This document shows, in pieces, positions 13,155 through 24,534 of a stretch of DNA of 64,000 bases. Every line of letters begins with the position of its first letter. Within the stretch, counting starts at the first letter, position 1. The position numbers were made by a program, and so were the translations under genes. The notes beneath the pieces are model-generated. The model was not told the origin of the DNA. It made no database searches and saw only the letters and a program-made list of their open reading frames with translations. Source of the DNA: Convolutriloba macropyga (taxonomy: Eukaryota); NCBI RefSeq assembly GCF_964194025.1, contig NC_134475.1:50096001-50160000 (forward strand), in the 5' to 3' direction.

Positions 13155-14098
13155 TGTAAGATTGCCTATCGCGTGCTCAAACACGTTCTCGGGAGCAAGT
13201 ACTTCCGCTGAGCCTCGCGCTCTTCTGGTATTCTCCCGGGTTCCTGTGCTTCTCCTCTGCAAGGGGGCAACCTTACTTCTGTTGTTGGCTACTGGACCAG
13301 GAAGAAAAGAGTTGCAGCTAGAAGACTGAATTGAAGTCTTCTGGAGAGGGTAGCTGGAGAGAAGGCCAAGTCCGTTGTTGAAGCTCCAAAAAGTCCGAAA
13401 CACTGATTTTGAATTTTTCAGAGTCCTCCTTTTATCCTACTTTTCCATATGCCTTAAGTTTAGCCAATCAAAAGCATTGACGTCAGAACTCTGCTTCTTT
13501 TGTTTTGGTAATACATACCGCATGGAGCATGAACTTGGAATTACCAACCCTCTCCTCAGCATCCTTTCCTATTTTGTTCATGCATACAGATTTAATCAGA
13601 ATCACATACCCATATTTCAAGTAAATTACTTTTTAATAAATTGCACATATGTGTTTCTACTAAATGAGGGGTATGAAATTGGTAATTCATTAAAAAGGGT
13701 AATATTATTTGTTTTACGGTGTAATCAACCACCTGAGCCTCGCTTCTTTGCTGACTTTTGCTACTAAGTTCAAACTACATTTCCTATTCAATATTTGCTT
13801 ATAAATTTTGTTTGGTTTATCAACTTTGACGATTTGGTGGATCTTGGATCAACTACGAATGGAGACAATCAACGTAGCAAGAAATCAGCAAGATCATTGG
13901 GTCAGTAGTAAAATAAAAACAAAACTTGAAAGACAATTGTAGACTGTATATAAGTATACTTTGTTCATATATGTTGGTGAATTAATCTTATTCCCTTAGT
14001 CAAGCGAATAGCGCTTGGCTCAGGCATATTTCTTATAGTATTTGAGGCTATGCAACAATTATTTTAGTCCTAAATTGCGTCTATTTTTCAATCCTACA
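13155..14098 (-). repeat. gypsy 3' LTR (944 bp)
   Basis: TGTAAG...CCTACA; direct repeat of 22253..23198 with about 13 substitutions and 2 small indels by manual comparison. Confidence 0.97.
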
Positions 14099-14216
14099 TA
14101 CCCGTCATCTAGTCTGGCTATTCTCCTGAATAGCAGTAATCAAGCAAATATAAATTGAGCAACTGTAAAAAATTAGATCTTTGGGTAGAAGTCTAGCTTC
14201 CCTGCAGGAAGTTTAA

Positions 14217-16288
14217 CTACAGGTTCTTCCTTCTCATCTTCTCATTACTTTTGCTGAATGTGACTCTTTCTACTGCCGGTGACTCTTGTTTAAGTTTATT
14301 CGCAAGAAACCGCCGAAGTCTTGCCAACAGCTTCCAGTGACCACAAGCAACACCCAAACCAACTGCCAACAGGATAGCGAGGAATATACAACTGTTGAAG
14401 GGAACTATCCCGTGTTGCATAAGCTTCTCGCTGTAGTCCTGACGTTGCATTTTTTGATGCTGTATGAAGGGTTCTGCCAATTGATGTAGTTTTTCGGCAT
14501 AAATATTTTCGTCCGGTAGATGGTTAAATGTTAATTTGACGGCTTTGAAGATCTCCGATTTCATATGATCCTTTTCGGGGGCTGGTGCCAATGTGAACTG
14601 TTTTTCCACGTGATCAAACATTTCCTGTAGGATCCCAGGTAGTTGAATGTTTGTTATCTTTCCTGTGTCAACACTGCACACCTCGGTTCCGGATGAAGGA
14701 TTAGACCACCACTAGGGAGTTCTAGATGACCATTGCAGGGTGGTTGCACCAAACAAACTCTACAGCCAGATATTTGGCCTGCTCGGGTGTCCATTGTTAC
14801 GTTAAGAAGATGATAATTGTTGTGTTCCGACTGCAGAAGAAACATAGATTGCTTCAGGTATTGGGCTGACGGGTTGGCCGGCAGCGGGATTATTTTCTGT
14901 GGACACAATTTCATCGCGTCAGTCTTTTGGTCAAAAAAGAGGCTGCTAAGACACGAGCTCTTCGCTGATCTTGTTAGGGCAAACGGATTTTTGCAGAACC
15001 GAAGACGGTCAGTACCATGGCATTTGACTAATTCAGACCTATCCAATTCCCCAAAGAATTCTTGCCGTGGGGAGACGACAAAGTACTCTTTCTGAAAATT
15101 GTAAATTGTTGCCGTCTTTCCGCTGTTCAGTGGTTGTGGAATCGCCACAGTCCGATAGACTTGGTATTTTGCGTAGGTGTAATGAAATGGAATTTCGAGT
15201 TCAATATAGAGTCCTTTGGATGTTATTTCGGCGACTTTTACAAGTTCGAATTCGTAATATGCAGACATCTCGCTCTTGCTGATTGCGGGGAACCATCCCG
15301 TTTGTTCCACCTTCGACACAATGTCCCTAATTTGCGGTGGCGGTAACAAGCTGGCCGGTAATAGTCCTTTGGTTAGAGAAACTAGGGCATCGCTTAGCAC
15401 ATATCCCAGGTTAGTCACAATGGCACGTGCAAAGAGAACTTGCCCCTGTAGTTCGGATATAATTCTTAGTAGATTCTCGATCTGCAAGTTGACTTTCAGC
15501 CCATCTCGATACGCTTGGGTTATCTTGCATCCCCAACCACTCATGCGTTCCCACTCTTTCCCTATTTCATTGATTTGGGTGACAAGCAACTCTAAGTTTC
15601 TGTCGGTATTGTTCCTGATGGTCTCGACACGAGTGCGCGTAGCGAGCTCCTCAGCACTCAGAATTTTGACTGCACTTCCCGTTTGAATGTTTAGCCAGTC
15701 CACGTTCCACTTGTTTCTCTGGTTTTCTTCATGCGGTTTCTCTATGTGCTTTGCTTCTTTTGATTTGCATAAACCGATTATAGAGAAGAGTTTACAGCCT
15801 GCTGCCTCCAGCTTCGGACACAGGATGAGTGCAGCTCCTGCCGCCAATAGCACGTTGACTTGTCTCCTTTGCCTCGATTCCTCATGTACCACATTGGAAT
15901 GGTTGCTAAACAATGACATCCGGTCCTTGAATAGCTGATAATCCTGTAGGAGTCGTTGATATTCGTTTTCTAATTCAATAACAGCACTAGCAGTCAAGTT
16001 TCCGTAACTCTCCGTGACAACCGTGGAAGAGCAAATGCGTCCTTTGTAGTTTCCGTCCCATTGTTGGGTCACATCCTGCGCGAGGTCGTGTCTTGCGAGT
16101 TGAAGTTGGGTAACGTCGATGCGTGGGAGTTCTGGAAAAGGTACAAACAATCTCATCGTCTTGAAAGAAGAGGCCACAAACACCGTCGTATCTGGGATGA
16201 ACACCACTCCTGCTTCTAGCCAATCGTCTTGAAGGAAATCACCAGGTTTGAAGAGAATCAGCCAGTATATGAGAAGATTTCGCAGCAT
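14217..16288 (-). pseudogene. env: env: class I fusion glycoprotein of the baculovirus-F/errantivirus type, one frameshift near 14670-14690
   Basis: Signal peptide MLRNLLIYWLILF; furin site RQRR (15863..15874) followed by hydrophobic QVNVLLAAGAALILC; heptad-like helices; GLLPASLLPP and YIELEIP motifs; Cys-rich region; TM CIFLAILLAVGLGVAC and basic tail in 14217..14681. Confidence 0.88.
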
Positions 16289-16375
16289 TTTAGCACTCAC
16301 AAAGTTTTATCAAGCAGGATAAGAGGTAAAGCCAAGACAAAGTAACCCAGAAATATGATTTTGAAAGGCAAAGGC

Positions 16376-16420
16376 CCGCTATTTATACTATTCAAGTTGA
16401 AAACTAACCAATAGGATTGG
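16376..16420 (-). promoter_or_regulatory. putative internal env promoter (CCAAT + TATA)
   Basis: Minus strand CCAATCCTATTGG then AGTATAAATAGC, ~90 bp upstream of the env ATG, in the non-coding pol-env spacer. Confidence 0.45.
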
Positions 16421-16610
16421 TACTGTTTGTGATTAGTTGGTTACTTTGACCTAGCACATTGTATAATACTACTTCATGCCTTCAAAATACTACTTCATTT
16501 TTTTTAAATGTAGATTGATTACACTATATAAAATTAGTATCATATTCGCATTCGTTATTTCTGCATTGATATTGTAATCATAATAATTTATCATGCAACA
16601 AATAAAAGTT

Positions 16611-18388
16611 TTACAGTCCCATTCTGTCGACTGGTCGTCGTGTTCTTCTCGGATATCGGCGCTGTTCATCATTGTCAATGTAGTTCGGTTCGTCTTCAAC
16701 AATCACCGGTTGCTCTCCAGTTTCATCAATTGTTGCCTCCTGTTCGGGCTCGACTTCGTTAGTTGCTGGCTCTTTATCGTCATTGTTTTCTGGAATCGGA
16801 GCCATAATTTGGGGTGGTTCATCGAAAATATCTTGTATGTCCCCAACAATGTTATCGTCGTCCCGCATGTCGTATACAGGCTCCCTAACTCTCCTGTGGA
16901 TCCTCCGATTACGCTGCAGCAATGCATCATCTTCATCGTCGCTACTTGGCAAATGGTCCGCATCGTAACGTTCAGTCTTTCTGCAATTCGCATGGATCGA
17001 CGAAGATGCTGATCCTCATTTTCTGATCGGGCTTTGAAGGTCTACAGTCTGTTATAGTGCACAAGCTGATTTTTCTTTTTGTTCTTCTGGGAACAAATTT
17101 TGTAATTGACTTCATTAATTGTTTGTACAACGGTATATGGGCCAGTCCATGGTAGGTAGAACTTCTTTGACTTTGCCAGTTGAGGGGAAAAGAGCCACAC
17201 CTTGTCGTCTTTCTGATACGGTTTTCCGTACGTTCTCTTGAAAAACTTATCCTTCTGTCTTTGTTGTACTGCGCCTAGGGTCTCACGAGCACACATGTGG
17301 GCTTCCCGAAACTTCTCGTCCAAAAGTTGAGTGTACTCGGGTACTGTAAGTTCTGTGTCTGGTGGCCTGGGGAACATAAAGTCAATGGGGTAGACGGCTT
17401 CGTCTCCAAACACTAGCGAGAAAGGGGTTTCTCCTGTCGACTTGTGGACAGTTGTGTTGTACACGAACTCCCATTCCTTTGGATTTTCTGAGCAGTATTT
17501 GCTGATCACATCTGCCAGAACTCTATTGTGGCGCTCTACTTGCCCATTTCCTTGTGGGTGGTATGGAGACGTCCGGGATCTTTCTATGTTTAGGAGGGTG
17601 CACACTTCAGTCATGAGTTCACTGCAGAAATTGGTTCCTTGATCTGTATGCAACGAATCGGGGGCTCCAAACCGCACAACCCACTTCTCAACGAAAGCCT
17701 TTGCCACATCTGCCGCTGTTATTGTTGAGAGAGGGACAGTGATTACGTATTTCGTAAATTAGTCAGTTAAGACCAAGATGTATTTGTTTCCCGTGTCTCG
17801 GTTACGCGTTACTGGTCCCAGGATGTCGGCAGCCACTTTCGCGAACCGTACACCCACTGTGATTGGTTGCAACTCGGCTTTCAAATTTCTGCCAGCTGTC
17901 GATCGCGCTGCACATGGTTTGCAACTTTTGATCCAATTATCAATGTCTCTTCTCTTCATGGGCCACCAGAACCGTTGTCGAGTTCTATCGAGTGTCTTGT
18001 GTAAGGAAAAGTGCCCTCCTGTTACCTTGGAGTCGTGCAGTTGTTCTAGTACGCTGCGCTTTGCAACTTGTGGTACAACGATAAGTTCTCGATAGCCGTC
18101 TTTGCCAGGGGTATACCACTTTCGTATGAGTATACCATCCTTCATCATGAATTGCTCCCAATTATTCCACAACCCGAGGACTTCAGGTCCCAGCTTCTGA
18201 GCTTGTTCCCTCGTCATTGGGTTCACTCCAAAAGTACTGCAGTTGTGCTGTCTGTCATTCAGTGGTACCGTAGCTTTTTGCAGAATCGTGGCAATAGCTA
18301 ATCTTCCCTGTTTTGCCCTGACTTCATCACTGCTAGCTTTGAGTTCCACTGAGGTCAAGTTTTCTTCCGAATGGTGCGTTATCGACAA
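16611..18388 (-). pseudogene. pol: gypsy integrase and acidic C-terminal tail
   Basis: HDSKVTGGH...CKPC zinc finger; DILGP, TDQGTNF and YHPQGNGQVER (DDE); WTGPY (GPY/F); tail ending RRYPRRTRRPVDR. Internal stops at ~17759 and ~17042. Confidence 0.93.
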
Positions 18389-18406
18389 AAGAAAAACCTC
18401 TGGTTC

Positions 18407-19782
18407 TCACAATTTAGCTATTGCCGTCTCCAAGTTCGTGGGTTCCGGACAAGATCCAGTTAATGCCTCTTCCTCGCCCTCCTGCCACTCAGGTTCCCTT
18501 GTTGTTTGCCGAGAAAGAACGTCTGCATTGCCATGTTTCTCACCAGGCCGGAGAATTACTTGGAACTCAAAATCTCGCAACACCTCGATCATTCTGTATG
18601 TCATTCCGTCAGCATTCTGACGAAAGAGCCATTGTAAACTAGCGTGGTCTGGCCGAAGTATAAAGGGGATACACAGCAAATAGGAGCGGAACCACTTTAC
18701 TGCTTGAACAACCGCCAACGCTTCTCTTTTCGTTGTACTGTAGTTTACTTCTGTTCGAGTCAGCACGCGACTAGCGAAAGCAAGTGGATTCTCCGTATTG
18801 CTGTCTAGATTCGACAGAACAGCTGCATTGCTGTGGTTGCTAGCGTCAGTGTCCAAAACAAAAGGTCGGTCGTAATTTGGATGGCTCAAAATTGGTGCTC
18901 CGATGAGTCTATTCTTCAGAACTTCAAAGGAACGCTGACAATTCTCGTTCCAATAGAATCGCTGGTGCTTTTTAGTAAGCTCATGAAGGGGCTTCGCTAT
19001 ACCCGCAAAGTCTTTAACAAATCGTCTGTAGTAGCTACAAAAGCCAACAAATGACCGTACTTCCGTTGTATTAGTGGGTTCAGGCCACTTCGATAGGGCG
19101 TTCAGTTTCCCCTCATCTGGCCATATTCCATCCGCTCTAATGTGATATCCAAGGTAGGACACTGCTGTTTGAATCAGCTTGCATTTCGAGGGCTTCAGTT
19201 TCAATCCGGCTGACGCTAGTCTCTCCAAAACAATTTTGAGGTGTCTGAGGTGCTCTTCCAGGTTCTGGCTGTAGATGAGGACATCATCGAGAAAGATGGT
19301 CACAAAATCATATAACTCTTCTTTGAACAATTGATTCATGAGGCGCTGGAAAGTTGCAGGCGCATTGCACAGTCCGAAGGGTAGCCGCTTGTACTCATAG
19401 TGGCCCCATCTGGCGTTGAGAAGGCTGTTTTCGGTCTAGCACTCTCAGTGAGTGGTACTTGCCAGTAGCCCGCTGCTAGGTCCAAGGAGCTGTCAAATTG
19501 GGCTCCTTCCAAGCAATCCAAGATCTGATCAATTAATGGCAATGGAAATGCGTCCTTTTTGGTGATCGCGTTGAGTTTGCGGAAATCTACACAGAAACGT
19601 GAAGTGCCATCCTTCTTTGCCACTAAGACCACTGGAGCACTCCAATCGCTTTTTGACGGTTGGATGATGTCAAAATCGAGCATCTGTTGCACTTGTTTCT
19701 TAATCTCTGCCAGCTTAGCCGGGGTGGTCTTGTAAGCCGGTAGCTTGATTGGCGCGGTCGCTGGTTTCAATGTTGTGCTCAA
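18407..19782 (-). pseudogene. pol: gypsy reverse transcriptase and RNase H, frameshifted
   Basis: SDWSAPVVLVAKKDGTSRFCVDFRKLN, LDLAAGYWQV, FLDD, LDTDAS, YSTTKREALAVV, DHASL, HGNADVLSR. Confidence 0.95.
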
Positions 19783-21283
19783 CTAGGTTGGTAAGGACCA
19801 ATTCATTGTCATCCTTTGCAAAATTGGCTCTAAAATTGTAGACAATCTGCTCCGCTACGTCTTTCTGTTGGTTGTTGGCACCGTTTGTGTTCTCAAGGAG
19901 TGCCTCCGTGATTTCGTCTACGTCAGCGTTGAATTGAGCATCTTCGCTGATTGTGGAGAGCACTCTAGGGGCTCCCTTTATTGAATCTTCCTTCAAAATT
20001 TCTTCAGATGATTGGTCAGGGATGATCAAAAATCTAACCTCAGAAACGCCAAATATTCTGATGATGAAATCGTGTACGATCTCCATGTTCAATCCAAGGA
20101 GCTTCAGGTCCTTTTCATCAATTCTGAGCTCCAATGTGTGGTATCGTTCGGCTTTGGTTCGAAGGTTCGAAAACAAGCGCCAAAGATCTGTGTACAGTAC
20201 CTTTTCTCCCTGTTGAAACCAGGGGTTAATGTAATAACGTGTATTGGACCCCTTGTCGCAATGAAAAACTGCCCCTGATCGTTTTCCGAATAATTTGAAA
20301 CGGAGTCCAAGTGCGTTGTCATTTTCTACTAAATTGTTCTCTGTTTCGGGCGAATTGGGCATCAGTTGCACCATTGGCATTCTGCGGCGTTGTTCAGAAA
20401 CATAATCACGGTTTTCGAACGCAAACCGATTGGGGGTGGTACTCTCGATTTCGTAAAATTGCTCGAAGAGCCAGTTAGTGTCTTCTAGCTCCTCTCGGTT
20501 CTTCGGCCATGCGGTTTTTCTAACTTTGGCGATTAGGGCACCCGCTTCGATCTTCACTCTTGTTTCTGCATGGTTTTCTATGACTATTTTGCCATGGCCA
20601 CCGCCATCACACGAGTAAATTTCAGGAATAGCCAGTAATGACTTCTTGGGCCAATTCGTTTCCGAGACCAGAAAGTTTCCTTGAGACAAGTTTACCCCGC
20701 TCTCCGAGATCTCAATCTCCACAGATAGTCTCCCGTAGGGTGCTATTTCTATCGCGTTTAGGCATCTGGCGGTCAAGAATCCCCCTTCGAAGCCACTCAT
20801 CTCACTTGGCCCGTGGTCGATATTGTTGGCAATCTCTTCGGTCTTGAATACACAATCGAATGCCACAGCACTCGATTCAGTAGTACCGGTGAATAATCGA
20901 CCCGTGTGGAAGTCGATCGAACATTGATTGGGCTTAAGGAAAGCTGTGCCAAGAATGATGTTCACTGGCAGCATCGGGGCTACCAGAAAGCCTGCATCGC
21001 ACACAAACTTGCCGCCCATGCAAAATGGCAAGGTCTTTTTACCCAGGAGTCGGATCTGCTTTCCCTCCGCATGGTACACTGTCCCGTCATACTTCTGTAG
21101 TGGTACGGGGTACTGTTCTGCTATCTCCTTGGACATGAGGTTTACCCCACTGCCGGTGTCCACTACAGCTCTTCTTTCAGCTCCACTAATATCGGCTTTC
21201 ACTAGTATCGATGGGCCGCAACTTTCTCCTACTGACGTTGCTTTCGAGGATCCGGGTCGTTTTAGGACAAAAACGGGTGACAC
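19715..21283 (-). CDS. pol: gypsy pol N-terminal part: aspartic protease, dUTPase-like relic, degenerate macrodomain
   Basis: VVDTGSGVNLM and IILGTAFL (retropepsin); 20515..20776 beta-rich dUTPase-like segment; 20015..20431 aligns with the TARG1/OARD1 macrodomain. Open for 522 codons. Confidence 0.85.
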   Translation of the reverse strand: MSPVFVLKRPGSSKATSVGESCGPSILVKADISGAERRAVVDTGSGVNLMSKEIAEQYPVPLQKYDGTVYHAEGKQIRLLGKKTLPFCMGGKFVCDAGFLVAPMLPVNIILGTAFLKPNQCSIDFHTGRLFTGTTESSAVAFDCVFKTEEIANNIDHGPSEMSGFEGGFLTARCLNAIEIAPYGRLSVEIEISESGVNLSQGNFLVSETNWPKKSLLAIPEIYSCDGGGHGKIVIENHAETRVKIEAGALIAKVRKTAWPKNREELEDTNWLFEQFYEIESTTPNRFAFENRDYVSEQRRRMPMVQLMPNSPETENNLVENDNALGLRFKLFGKRSGAVFHCDKGSNTRYYINPWFQQGEKVLYTDLWRLFSNLRTKAERYHTLELRIDEKDLKLLGLNMEIVHDFIIRIFGVSEVRFLIIPDQSSEEILKEDSIKGAPRVLSTISEDAQFNADVDEITEALLENTNGANNQQKDVAEQIVYNFRANFAKDDNELVLTNLVEHNIETSDRANQATGLQDHPG

Positions 21284-22197
21284 AATGCTGGCCGGAGCAG
21301 TCCTGTGTGGATTATGTTCTCGCCCCGGCCGATCCTCGTTTAAATGCTCCTTCTTATTTGGGCAGTTTCGAGAATAGTGCCCTCATGGCACGCATAGCAC
21401 TCAATGTCTTGTTTTGCCCTTTCGCTCCTTTCTGGTCCCTGAGGTTTCATTGCCTGGAAACCATTCTTCATGACCTGCATCATTTCCTCCTGCATCTTAA
21501 GGGACTGCACAAGCGATGATTGAATTGAATCTAGAGCAGTACTGTTTCCCAAGTCTGTGCCCTCAACGTCCACATATCGTACACCAACACCACGGCGGCG
21601 GTAACTCTGAGCTTCAACCTTGGTCACTGCTTCAAGATTTAGTGCTCTCTGGTATGCTGCATTCAGCGTTGCGGGTTCTTCCCGCAGTAGGTTCCCCCTC
21701 ACGTCTGGTTCCACCAATCCTTCTATGAAGGTCTCTTTCGCAGCCAAGTCCCTTGCATCTGCCGCTAGAGCTGCATTGGCCGATGTCCACTTTCCTCACT
21801 GTCCACAATCTTCTCAGATTCCCTTTGTTGCAGACTCTTGAATTCTGCCCTGGCCGTCCTAAGGTTTGGGTAGTCTCCGATCCTGTTCCTTAACTCGTTG
21901 AGTTGAATCTGGAGTGTTGGTGCTGGGTGTCCTGCTTCCTGTTGCAGGAACTGCGCCGGGAGTATGTAGTACTCGTCAATTGCATGACCAGTCAAGCATG
22001 TTGGCGGAATTTCTTCTTGACTGAGCGTCATTCCACCCGTTCGCTTGACAGACAGCATGGAAGTGTCTCGCCCAACGGTCGAAAGAGTTGAAGAACTTCG
22101 ACGGGAACTCGCTGGGTACTTGGGCTTGGGGGCCTCCTGCCGCTGGAGCCACTGCAGCACCGCCACCTCCTCCCGCTCCAGCTCCTGGTTGTGCCAT
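21283..22197 (-). pseudogene. gag: gypsy gag, frameshifted
   Basis: ATG 22197; FDRWARHFHAVCQANGW; ARAEFKSLQQRESEKI (major-homology-like); ETFIEGL; CYACHE..H...C knuckle split by a frameshift. Confidence 0.88.
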
Positions 22198-22232
22198 CTG
22201 AAGCTGGAAATTGTCTCCTTCTTCCTCACAGT

Positions 22233-22251
22233 AGCCTCTCTGGGACCACCA
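22233..22251 (-). promoter_or_regulatory. gypsy primer-binding site
   Basis: TGGTGGTCCCAGAGAGGCT begins 1 nt after the 5' LTR and is complementary to a tRNA 3' end (...CTCTCTGGGACCACCA). Isoacceptor not determined. Confidence 0.85.
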
Positions 22252-22252
22252 C

Positions 22253-23198
22253 TGTAAGATTGCCTATCGCGTGCTCAAACACGTTCTCGGGAGCAAGTAC
22301 TTCCGCTGAGCCTCGCGCTCTTCTGGTATTCTCCCGGGTTCCTGTGCTTTTCCTCTGCAAGGGGTCAACCTCACTTCTGTTGTTGGCTACTGGACCAGGC
22401 AGAAGAAAAGAGTTGCAGCTAGAAGATTGAATTGAAGTCTTCTAGAGAGGGAAGCTGGAGAGAGGGCCAAGTCCGTTGTTGAAGCTCCAAAAAGTCCGAA
22501 ACACTGATTTTGAATTTTTCAGAGTCCTCCTTTTATCCTACTTTTCCATATGCCTTAAGTTTAGCCAATCAAAAGCATTGACGTCAGAACTCTGCTTCTT
22601 TTGTTTTGGTAATACATACCGCATGGAGCATGAACTTGGAATTACCAACCCTCTCCTCAGCATCCTTTCCTTTTTTGTTCATGCATACAGATTTAATCAG
22701 AATCACATACCCATATTTCAAGTAAATTATTTTTAATAAATTGCACATATGTGTTTCTACTAAATGAGGGGTATGAAATTGGTAATTCATTAAAAAGGGT
22801 AATATAATTTGTTTTACGGTGTAATCAACCACCTGAGCCTCGCTTCGTTGCTGACTGTTGCTACTAAGTTCAAACTACATTTCCTATTCAATATTTGCTT
22901 ATAAATTTTGTTTGGTATATCAACTTTGACGATTTGGTGGATCTTGGATCAACTACGAATGGAGACAATCAACGTAGCAAGAAATCAGCAAGATCATTGG
23001 GTCAGTAGTAAAATAAAAACAAAACTTGAAAGACAATTGTAGACTGTATATAAGTATACTTTGTTCATATATGTTGGTGAATTAATCTTATTCCCTTAGT
23101 CAAGCGAATAGCGCTTGGCTCAGGCATATTTATTATAGTATTTGAGGCTATGCAACAATTATTTTAGTCCTAAATTGCGTCTATTTTTCAATCCTACA
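22253..23198 (-). repeat. gypsy 5' LTR (946 bp)
   Basis: TGTAAG...CCTACA, adjacent to the PBS; direct repeat of 13155..14098. Confidence 0.97.
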
Positions 23199-24534
23199 AA
23201 ACTTATAGAAAACTTATTCTTGTTCGCTTTATCAAGCTACGTCTGTGAGGTTCAGTTATTTTCTGTTAACCTCTTTCTCTCTTAATTTTTGGGTTTTACG
23301 CACAGTTCCCTCTCACTTTTTTCTCTTCGCCCGCAGTCTTTTTGCCCTAGTCTAACTAGTCTGACTCATGTCTGTCAACATCAACTTCCACAACGTACCT
23401 TACAGTACCAAAACTTGGGTACAGCAAGATTTCTTGTCTTTATCCATGATTTATGCTCAGTAGGCATAAATTGTGCTGTGCTAAAGTGCAAAAAGATGTA
23501 CAAAATATTGATTTAAGATTTACTTTAAATATTCATATCTTCATATTTCTATTTCTCCTCTGGATAAGGAAAGGTGAATCAACCAACCTCTTTGCTCTTT
23601 TACCATTTGCCCAGTGGAAACGCTACGGCATGTCGAATTTTCATGTACAATAACACCAACTGGAAAACGTAATCCAGTTCACAGAATGCTGACAAAGGTT
23701 ACTAAAAACAAGCTCAACAGTCAGAAGTACAGTGAGAAAACTTGTTTTTGCAGACAGAAAGTGTTTTGTCGTTTATCAAAATCGCTAATCAATATGCTCA
23801 AAAACCCTTCCGTTTTAACAGAATATTGTTCATAAGACTAGAAAGCGCACTTCCAGTCACAAAAAAGTTTTCGAGATTTTAGATGATTATTTGAAGAAAC
23901 AATCAAATTTTGTGCTGTAAAGGCGATTTGTAATATTTGGCGGTGTAATGGAGAGTAACTGCTTGTTACCTGCCCCCAATAAGCTAAATCAATTAGCTTA
24001 TTGGGAATTTTTCATCTTTGAAGGCAATAATCATTTATGGGACTTTATTATCCAGAAAATGATGACCCTGCGCATCAATCACAGATTGTTGGCTAATTCT
24101 TCCAAAAAAGAAGCGCAGGGTCCTAGTCTGCCCAGCATACAGTCCAGATTTCAAATTACATTAAAATTTATGAGCCATTTTGAGGCAGCGATTACAAAAG
24201 CAATCAATTTTTTGATATATTGTAGAGAAAATTCCAGAGATTTGAATTAAAATTGACGGAAATGACAGTAGAAACCTGGATAAATACTATACAAGCCTTC
24301 AAGTAGACTATAAATATGCTATAGACGTAATCAGGCGTAATAAAAAAGTCACTGATAACTTAAATTTTGAAGTCCACTGAGTTGAAAACATTAACTGCAA
24401 TTTGGAAATGATCAACCAGAAATAATCAAATTCAGAGCCCATCTTGGTAGAGACTTATTTTGTAGAGACTTGGCTCAATTTAGATGAGGGATTGTTATTC
24501 AGTTGCTATAATGCTTTGTCTATTGACTTAACAG

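Larger units (their letters stand above)
13155..23198 (-). mobile_element. full-length env-containing Ty3/gypsy LTR retrotransposon (errantivirus-like provirus), coding regions disrupted
   Basis: Two TG...CA LTRs, 5-bp flanks AATCT/AAACT, PBS, and order gag-PR-RT-RNaseH-IN-env. Confidence 0.97.

Noticed and set aside
13375-13767. 130-aa ORF in the LTR (and 22476..22736)
   Set aside because: Non-ATG start, antisense to the element, frame differs between the two LTRs, no motifs.
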